The notes under the pieces were generated by a model. It searched no databases. It was not told the origin of the DNA and worked only from the letters and a program-made list of their open reading frames with translations. This document shows positions 5,643 to 12,137 of a DNA stretch of 12,137 nucleotides, in pieces; positions within the stretch are counted from its first letter, which is position 1, and each line of letters opens with the position of its first letter. The translations under genes were made by a program, and so were the position numbers. This stretch comes from Nanobdellati archaeon. Its GTDB lineage: Archaea; EX4484-52; GLR71. Where the stretch lies: positions 1 to 12,137 of the forward strand of contig JAHYJR010000010.1 of the NCBI GenBank assembly GCA_019429005.1. Reading direction: 5' to 3'.

Positions 5643-7490
5643 TCACTCAACAATCTCAAACCCATATTTCAAGATCAGATTAAAATCTTTTGTATTAGGC
5701 TTATACTTTGCAAACTTAACAAGATCACATGTTGAGAAACATTTACGTACAACGCTTAATTTTTCAGGCATCAGAGATTTAACAACCTTCAAGGCTTCAG
5801 TACTTGTGATATGCGTTTCAACCTTATCTATTGTATCACTCTCACTCAAGATATAAAATCTAACAGCTTTTGATACCATGATATATGCCTGTTTCTTATC
5901 ACCTTTATCATACATTTTTTCAGCATTCTTAAGCATCTTAATTGCTTCTTTAGAAGGATTAATTGGCACTGAAAAGAATGATTTTTCTAAAGAACCACTG
6001 ACCCGCTTAGATAAATGGTAATAATACAATATCAAAGATAAAACAAATAAGAACAAAATATATTTATAATAAGAATTTTCAAGACCTTTTACTTTTAGAT
6101 TATCAACTTCAACAGAATTTTCAGAAAAATCAGCTGTACCTGTTATATTCGCATAAGACATTGTACCGTTTTCCTCTTTAAAATATTCAACATTAAATTT
6201 TGTAGAATTTGATTTTATAGGTTCAGCATTAAGATCACTTCGCGTATAATTAAGATTTTTAAGCATCGCATCCTTCTTCAAAAAATCATCATCACTTTCT
6301 AAAGCTGAAGATATATCAGACAGATCCTTATCAGACAATTTAGCTAAATCTTTAGGATCAAAATCATCCATTTTTCCAGTAATATTTGCCGTCTCTCCAT
6401 TTGGACCTTCATACTCATATTTGAAATCAGACATATTATCCTTATCCAAACCATCAAACTCTTTATATTTCAAAGAATAACCATCCTCTTTAAGACTTTC
6501 ATCAAGCTCCTTAAATTCATCTGTATTTTCTAACGCCTCAGAAAGTTCTTTTTCATCTTCAGGACTCATCTTTTTCAAATCATTTACAGAACCATCTTCA
6601 ATATTACCTTTAATGCTCGCTTTACTACCATCTGGCTTCTTATAATCATAACTAAACTCACTATCATTTCCAGAAGTTGGTTCAATATTTTTTTCATCCA
6701 ATAAATAGCCTTTATCTTCAAGAGATTCTTGCATATCTTGGAAATCCTTATCCTCTGACAAAGCCTTATCAAGAGACTCCATTCTTTCCTTATCAATACT
6801 TGCCTTTTCATCAGAAAGCTGCTGTTTCACAGAACTCATATCTTGCTTAGATCGCTGTTTCACAGAATCAAGCTTATCTTGCATAGGATTAGGCTCAGGT
6901 GCTGGTGCTTGTTGTTCCTTTTTTTGTTCTTCAAGCATCTTATCTAAAGATTCTTTAAGCTTCTCAGTCATAGATTTCTCTTCTTCTTGTTGCTCTTCTT
7001 GCTGTTGCTGCTGTTGTTGTTGTTGCTGTTCTTCATCTTCGGTTTCATCAAACTCACACTGTACTATGACTTGTGTGGTTGTCTGTTGAATATTGCTTAC
7101 ACCCACAACTTCAATACTAATATCTTCAACACTTTCAACAATTTCAACATCTCCAGTCTCAAGATTGGTATATTTAACTTTTAATTTGCCGAGAGTATAA
7201 GTTCCAGGAGCATATGCTTGAAGAGACATATACTCAGCAACGCCAGACAATTCATTTATCTGTGCAGATTGACATTGGGTATCAATAATATTCCCACCAA
7301 TATCATTATAATCTTTAACCATAAATGAAAGAGACTGATTAAACGGATTATTAATTTTCAGAAAAATATTAACCGTTTCGCCAACATTCACAACTGTATT
7401 ATCCACAGCTTTTTCAATAGATAAAGACTCAGCATACACAGATGTTCCAAAAAGCATAAGTATCATAAAAACATAAAACCATCGTCTCAT
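5643..7490 (-). CDS. Large single-pass membrane protein of the Bat/MoxR operon (BatD-like Ig domain, polyQ/coiled linker, three ~77-aa repeats, TM, cytoplasmic DLVKFAK domain)
   Basis: Signal peptide (VYA|E); beta-rich N-domain (VNVGETVNIFLKINNP, PGTYTLG); Q10 tract; several NxS/T sequons; TM YILFLFVLSLILYYY; C-terminal TSTEAL...CDLVKFAKY pattern recalled from Bat-operon proteins. ATGA overlap with batA. Confidence 0.8.
   Translation of the reverse strand: MRRWFYVFMILMLFGTSVYAESLSIEKAVDNTVVNVGETVNIFLKINNPFNQSLSFMVKDYNDIGGNIIDTQCQSAQINELSGVAEYMSLQAYAPGTYTLGKLKVKYTNLETGDVEIVESVEDISIEVVGVSNIQQTTTQVIVQCEFDETEDEEQQQQQQQQQQEEQQEEEKSMTEKLKESLDKMLEEQKKEQQAPAPEPNPMQDKLDSVKQRSKQDMSSVKQQLSDEKASIDKERMESLDKALSEDKDFQDMQESLEDKGYLLDEKNIEPTSGNDSEFSYDYKKPDGSKASIKGNIEDGSVNDLKKMSPEDEKELSEALENTDEFKELDESLKEDGYSLKYKEFDGLDKDNMSDFKYEYEGPNGETANITGKMDDFDPKDLAKLSDKDLSDISSALESDDDFLKKDAMLKNLNYTRSDLNAEPIKSNSTKFNVEYFKEENGTMSYANITGTADFSENSVEVDNLKVKGLENSYYKYILFLFVLSLILYYYHLSKRVSGSLEKSFFSVPINPSKEAIKMLKNAEKMYDKGDKKQAYIMVSKAVRFYILSESDTIDKVETHITSTEALKVVKSLMPEKLSVVRKCFSTCDLVKFAKYKPNTKDFNLILKYGFEIVE
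6999..7028 (-). repeat. CAG/CAA trinucleotide tract encoding Q10
   Basis: Ten consecutive mixed CAG/CAA codons within the 615-aa gene. Confidence 0.9.
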
Positions 7491-8434
7491 GATAACACCC
7501 GATACTTTACAGTCCTCAAATAAAACTCAGACAAAATAAAAATAAAAGACATAAACATAAACCACATTCTTGTACTTGTCTCATCATTCGTACGCTCAAT
7601 TTTTTCAGAAAGTGAACTGTAAATATCTTCAAGTGTATTGTCATCAATAGATTTGAAATATTCACCATTAGTCTCTTGTGCTATTAACTGAAGCGCCACC
7701 TCATCAAACTCAGCATACATAGGCCGTCCAAAGAAATCATATCCAAGTACAACCTGTCCATTCGAACCCATACCGATTGTAAATACTTGTATATCTTGAG
7801 AATTTGCAAACTCTATAGCCTCATTAATACTGATTACACCAGCATTATTAACACCATCACTTAATAATATAACAAACTTCTTTTTACTAGGGTTCGATGT
7901 TACCATATCAACTGAAAGTGCAAGACCATCCCCAATTGCTGTCATCCCTTGAGACACTTTGATATTCTTAAGACTTGCTAAAGTCCTATCTTTTGATGTT
8001 GTAAAGAATGATTGAGCTGTTGCACCATCTGAAAAAACAATAATTCCTACACGATCGTTAAGATTCAAATTTTGAACAAAAAGCTCAGCATTTCGTTTAG
8101 CAGCCTCAATCCTGTTAGGCGTATAATCTGTAGCAACCATACTCCCCGAAATATCAATTGCAAGAACAATATTTACACCTTCCTCACGATGAAGAAGAGC
8201 CACTTGCGGATCTGCTAATGCGAATATGACTGATGTGAACGCCAAGAATTTTAACAATAAAAGTATATTATTTCTAAACCAATTTTTATGTTTTGAAACT
8301 GTTGTCTTTATCAGGCGAATATCACTAAATTTTATAGCAGACAATCTATTTTTTTCTAAAGATAGATGGTATATATAATAGATTATTGGCAATAACACTA
8401 AAAATGAAAGCCAAAAAGGTTCTTCAAAATACAT
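7487..8434 (-). CDS. batA: BatA-type von Willebrand factor A domain membrane protein
   Basis: N-terminal FEEPFWL double-TM BatA segment, ALADPQ, MIDAS DISGSM...T...LLSDG, VFTIGMG and a C-terminal TM. Confidence 0.9.
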   Translation of the reverse strand: MYFEEPFWLSFLVLLPIIYYIYHLSLEKNRLSAIKFSDIRLIKTTVSKHKNWFRNNILLLLKFLAFTSVIFALADPQVALLHREEGVNIVLAIDISGSMVATDYTPNRIEAAKRNAELFVQNLNLNDRVGIIVFSDGATAQSFFTTSKDRTLASLKNIKVSQGMTAIGDGLALSVDMVTSNPSKKKFVILLSDGVNNAGVISINEAIEFANSQDIQVFTIGMGSNGQVVLGYDFFGRPMYAEFDEVALQLIAQETNGEYFKSIDDNTLEDIYSSLSEKIERTNDETSTRMWFMFMSFIFILSEFYLRTVKYRVLS

Positions 8435-8440
8435 ATTATA

Positions 8441-9061
8441 TCAAGACCTCTCCTCTTTTTTATAAATGGATTCTGAAAATTTATCAATCAACCTAAATAG
8501 ATATTTATCTTTCAAAGAATCGATATAGACATTTATCCTTAGAGATAAATCAATATAAAAAGCCACCATTCGGTTCAAAAGACCCTTATAATAAATATGA
8601 TATAATACATTCACAGGTAATGCTGCAAAGATTATATTTATTATAGATACATCTTTATTCGAATAACTAAAAAAAGATAAAAAATATAGGAAAATAAATA
8701 CCTGCTTCAATACATAATTTTTCAAAATAGTTTCTTTTTTCATAAAAAGTCCAGAAAATGCAGACATTAATATATACAATATAATCAATAACAGAAAATA
8801 ATTAACAAACAAATCTGATAACGGTAAAAGATCCAGCTTTAGATAACTTATGTATTTTAAAGGTAAAATTGTCAACAATGATAATACAATCACAAGTGAT
8901 GCAATAAACAGGCCTTTAATAAAAGTAATAATTTCAACAGATAATTTTCGACCAACTTTAATAGAATAAAAAAATATCAAAACTATAGACAGTACTAAAG
9001 ATAAGACAATCATAAAATAGGGTATTTGAGATAATACAGATGTCATAAATTTAACACACAT
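8441..9061 (-). CDS. Hypothetical multi-pass membrane protein (about 5 TM); true start may be Met at 9046
   Basis: Hydrophobic segments throughout; tightly packed between the DUF58 gene and batA in the same orientation. Confidence 0.7.
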   Translation of the reverse strand: MCVKFMTSVLSQIPYFMIVLSLVLSIVLIFFYSIKVGRKLSVEIITFIKGLFIASLVIVLSLLTILPLKYISYLKLDLLPLSDLFVNYFLLLIILYILMSAFSGLFMKKETILKNYVLKQVFIFLYFLSFFSYSNKDVSIINIIFAALPVNVLYHIYYKGLLNRMVAFYIDLSLRINVYIDSLKDKYLFRLIDKFSESIYKKEERS

Positions 9062-9953
9062 TTCTTATATTTTTTGGAATCCTACTTTTAAAAAATCCTG
9101 AAAGAGACTTAAACCATTCCGAACCATTTTGTATACCTATATAATCTGAACCGGATAATATTATCTTCTTTCTTATATATTCAAGATCCAATTCAACAAG
9201 CCTATGGTAATCCTCATAAAACTCTGGATTTGATGTATCAACAAGAACCTGTTCACCCGTTTCCATATCTTCAAGATATATCATACCTACATCGGGTATA
9301 TCTATCTCACGCTCATCCATAACACGAATAGATATAAGATCATGTTTCCTTGAAACAATCTTAAGATACTTATCCAGATTTTGTGGAAGATTCATAAAGT
9401 CAGATATAACAAAGATAATACTTTTTCTTTTTGTGATATTATTTATATATTTTAATGCTGATGACATATCAGTTGTTTTATTTACAGAATTAAAAGACAA
9501 AATATCTTTAATCATATGTAACACATTCTTACGCCCACGCTTTGGTGGAATTATATGTTCAACCTTATCTGAAAATAAAATAAGTCCAACACGATCATTA
9601 TTATGCACTGCTGCAAAAGCAAGTGTCGCTGAAATTTCTGCTGCAATCTCCCTTTTAATATTCTTTTTTGATCCAAAATCAAAAGACCCCGAAACATCAA
9701 GTAAAATATAAACTGTCATATCACGCTCTTCAACAAATTCGCGAACATAGGGTTTATTCATTCTTGCAGTAACATTCCAATCAATATTCCTTATATCATC
9801 TCCAAAACTATATTTACGATAGTCTGAAAATTCAATACCCGAACCTTTAAACTTAGAACGATAAAAACCCTGAATAAAACCTTCTGAATAAGACCGTGTC
9901 TTAAGTTCAATTTTACGTACAGTTTTAATAATATCTTTTTCAATAAGAGTCAA
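9051..9953 (-). CDS. DUF58 family protein (MoxR-associated, vWA-like)
   Basis: GSGIEFSDYRKYSFGDDIRNIDWNVTAR, REFVEERD, DVSGS, DRVGL and ISDF motifs; TTG start preceded by GGTG RBS. Confidence 0.93.
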   Translation of the reverse strand: MTLIEKDIIKTVRKIELKTRSYSEGFIQGFYRSKFKGSGIEFSDYRKYSFGDDIRNIDWNVTARMNKPYVREFVEERDMTVYILLDVSGSFDFGSKKNIKREIAAEISATLAFAAVHNNDRVGLILFSDKVEHIIPPKRGRKNVLHMIKDILSFNSVNKTTDMSSALKYINNITKRKSIIFVISDFMNLPQNLDKYLKIVSRKHDLISIRVMDEREIDIPDVGMIYLEDMETGEQVLVDTSNPEFYEDYHRLVELDLEYIRKKIILSGSDYIGIQNGSEWFKSLSGFFKSRIPKNIRNVC

Positions 9954-9965
9954 AATAACACCAAT

Positions 9966-10952
9966 CTATGGAACATTTACTACATTCAATACCTTATTTA
10001 TAATATAACTAGAATCAATATTTTCTGCATCAGCTTCATATGTCATCAAAACACGATGCCTTAATACATCAGGAGCAATCCCCTTTATATCTTCAGGTAT
10101 AACATAAGCACGACCATTCATAAGAGCATGAGCTTTTGCACCTAAAGTTAACCAAATAGACGCACGCGGTGATGCACCATATGCAACAAAATTAGTGAAA
10201 TCAAGACCATACACATCTGGATTTCGTGTAGCATTAACAATATCTGTCACATAATTTATGACTTTCTCATCTGCATAAATACTATGACAAAATTTTTGCA
10301 TCTCAATTATCTTAACAATATCAATAACTTTTTTTGCAGAAGGCATAACACCCGAAGTCATCCTCCTCACAATCTCTTTCTCATCATTTAAAGATGCATA
10401 TTTAACAGGAATCTTAAACATAAACCGATCAAGCTGAGCTTCTGGTAAAGGATACGTACCTTCTGTCTCTATAGGATTCTGTGTTGCAAGAACAAGAAAT
10501 GGTTTTGGAAGTGGAAATGTTTCACCAGCAATTGTTACCTGACACTCTTGCATTGCTTCAAGCAAAGCGGATTGTACTTTAGGTGGTGCACGATTTATTT
10601 CGTCTGCAAGAATAAAATTCGAAAACACGGGACCTTTCTTTGTCGAAAATGTTGCAGTTTTCTGATTATATATTTTTGTTCCAAGTATATCAGATGGAAG
10701 TAAATCTGGTGTAAACTGTAATCGTCTAAAATCAGCATGTGTTGTGTCAGACAATGTTTTAATCATAAGAGTTTTAGCAAGACCTGGAAGACCTTCAAGA
10801 AGCGTATGTCCACCTGCAATAAGAGAAATCATTAATTTATCCAAAACATCATCATTACCTACAACAACCTTTTTAACCTCACCAATAACCTTATCAGTTA
10901 ATGATGCATATTCCTCTGCCTTTAAATTAAGAGCTTTCATATCTTGTGCCAT
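9966..10952 (-). CDS. moxR: MoxR-family AAA+ ATPase
   Basis: Walker A variant GLPGLAKT, RLQFTPDLLPSDILG, Walker B ILADEINRAPPKVQSALLEAMQE, ATQNPIETEGTYPLPEAQLDRF and GASPRA; GGTGA RBS. Confidence 0.97.
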   Translation of the reverse strand: MAQDMKALNLKAEEYASLTDKVIGEVKKVVVGNDDVLDKLMISLIAGGHTLLEGLPGLAKTLMIKTLSDTTHADFRRLQFTPDLLPSDILGTKIYNQKTATFSTKKGPVFSNFILADEINRAPPKVQSALLEAMQECQVTIAGETFPLPKPFLVLATQNPIETEGTYPLPEAQLDRFMFKIPVKYASLNDEKEIVRRMTSGVMPSAKKVIDIVKIIEMQKFCHSIYADEKVINYVTDIVNATRNPDVYGLDFTNFVAYGASPRASIWLTLGAKAHALMNGRAYVIPEDIKGIAPDVLRHRVLMTYEADAENIDSSYIINKVLNVVNVP

Positions 10953-11005
10953 CTATTCACCGTAAAATATTGAATATCCTTAATTCAATAATGACTAAAA
11001 GATTA

Positions 11006-11019
11006 TTATATATTTTTCG
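11006..11019 (-). promoter_or_regulatory. Putative BRE + TATA box of the moxR operon
   Basis: Minus strand reads CGAAAAATATATAA about 55 bp upstream of the moxR ATG, matching the archaeal BRE-TATA layout. Confidence 0.5.
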
Positions 11020-11105
11020 TTTTTGATAATAATAATACAAAATAATTTTAAATATAAACAATAAACCTAAATCCATAAACTACTAACTTCAAATAATAAA
11101 AAAGT

Positions 11106-11938
11106 TTATTCCGTTTTCAACAATAACGTTGAACCCACAATAAGAATACCACCAATAAAAAGATTCAAAGTTACAACTTCTCCTAAAAATAAAACACCAA
11201 ACACAAGGGCACTAATTACTTCAATATAAGCCAAAAATTATGCTGTTGATACTTTTATGTTCTTTAAAGCTGAAAAAAAAAGTCCAAAACCAATAACTCC
11301 AACAAGAACTGCATGAACTGAAACAATATCAACCTTAAAAAAACTTAAACTAGACCAACCCCTAAAAAGGAAAGGTAAAAATACAAAACTACCAACTAGA
11401 TTTTGATAAAAGATAATCTCAAATTGTGAATATTTTTTTGATTCGCTCTTAAATATTATGATAGTCATAGAATAAAAACATGCAGATAAAAGCATAGCAG
11501 ACATACCTATAAAATCTTTGCTTAAAAATGAAAAACCGTTTCCCATATACACAATAACAATACCTATAAATGATACAAAAAGAAGAAAGATATTCATACA
11601 TTCAATTTTTTCTTTTAAAAAAAATACTGAAAATCGCGCAAAAATAGGCCAAGTATAAAGCATTATAACTGCATTGCTTACAGAAGCATAAGTGAATCCT
11701 ACAAAATAAAGAAACATGCGTAAAGCATTCAAAAATGAAGCTAAAAACATAGGCCTATCTTATTTAAGTAATAATTTACGCTTTTCAATTTTAAAAAAAA
11801 GAAAAAGTATTAATGTAGGTATTAACATCCTAAAAAAGTCATGATTGTAGGAGGAAAATTAAGATATTTAACAAATACTCCAGTTGATCCAAAAATGATT
11901 GCTGCAAAAATAACTTCAATATGAGGATTTAATTTCAT
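11106..11938 (-). pseudogene. EamA/DMT-family transporter pseudogene
   Basis: From ATG 11938: MKLNPHIEVIFAAIIFGSTGVFVKYLNFPPTIMTF[frameshift in A6 run 11832-11837]RMLIPTLILFLFF...LK*(11760-11762)DRPMFLAS...LYTWPIF...FLKEKI...STA*(11238-11240)FLAYIEVISALVFGVLFLGEVVTLNLFIGGILIVGSTLLLKTE*(11106). Both EamA halves are recognisable; ORF 11238..11750 is only the middle fragment. Confidence 0.88.
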
Positions 11939-11995
11939 AAGTAACAACCATTTGTTTTGATATTAATAAACCCTACAATTATAAAATCCTAAACT

Positions 11996-12137
11996 ATAAT
12001 ATCACAAAAGATAATATCACAAAAGATAATATCACAAAAGATAATATCACAAAAGATAATATCACAAAAGATAATATCACAAAAGATAATATCACAAAAG
12101 ATAATATCACAAAAGATAATATCACAAAAGATAATAT
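11996..12137. repeat. Perfect 15-bp tandem repeat (ATAATATCACAAAAG)n, at least 9.4 copies, truncated by the window edge
   Basis: The unit repeats without mismatch from 11996 to the last base. Confidence 0.97.

Noticed and set aside
6584-6811. 75-aa minus-strand ORF
   Set aside because: Alternative frame nested inside the 615-aa gene with no recognisable features.
6987-7184. 65-aa poly-Leu ORF on the plus strand
   Set aside because: Antisense shadow of the polyQ codons.
9433-9711. 92-aa plus-strand ORF
   Set aside because: Antisense shadow of the conserved DUF58 gene.
10744-10965. 73-aa plus-strand ORF
   Set aside because: Antisense shadow of moxR.
11238-11750. Intact 170-aa EamA protein
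   Set aside because: EamA-like sequence continues on both sides across stops and a frameshift, so it is a pseudogene fragment.

Overview
AT-rich archaeal-type DNA: GGTGA/GAGGT ribosome-binding sites, TATA-like boxes and an archaeal-style tRNA without encoded CCA. A reduced, DPANN-like lineage is only an inference. From left to right it holds: (1) two adjacent genes sharing an unrecognised GGx[VI]WxDxRY repeat, the first cut off by the window edge and missed by the ORF track; (2) a tRNA-Val(GAC) with a non-canonical C33/G37 anticodon loop; (3) an acidic hypothetical gene; (4) a previously uncalled HIT-like pseudogene (1502-2199, minus) interrupted by a 34-bp insert flanked by a perfect 30-bp target duplication, the geometry expected of an ectopic CRISPR spacer integration; (5) a compact five-gene group 4 [NiFe]-hydrogenase operon in MbhJ-K-L-M-N order with no adjacent antiporter subunits; (6) a MoxR/DUF58/membrane protein/BatA-vWA/large repeat-protein operon; (7) an EamA/DMT pseudogene; (8) a perfect 15-bp tandem repeat running off the right edge. 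All calls come from manual translation and motif recognition; no searches were run.
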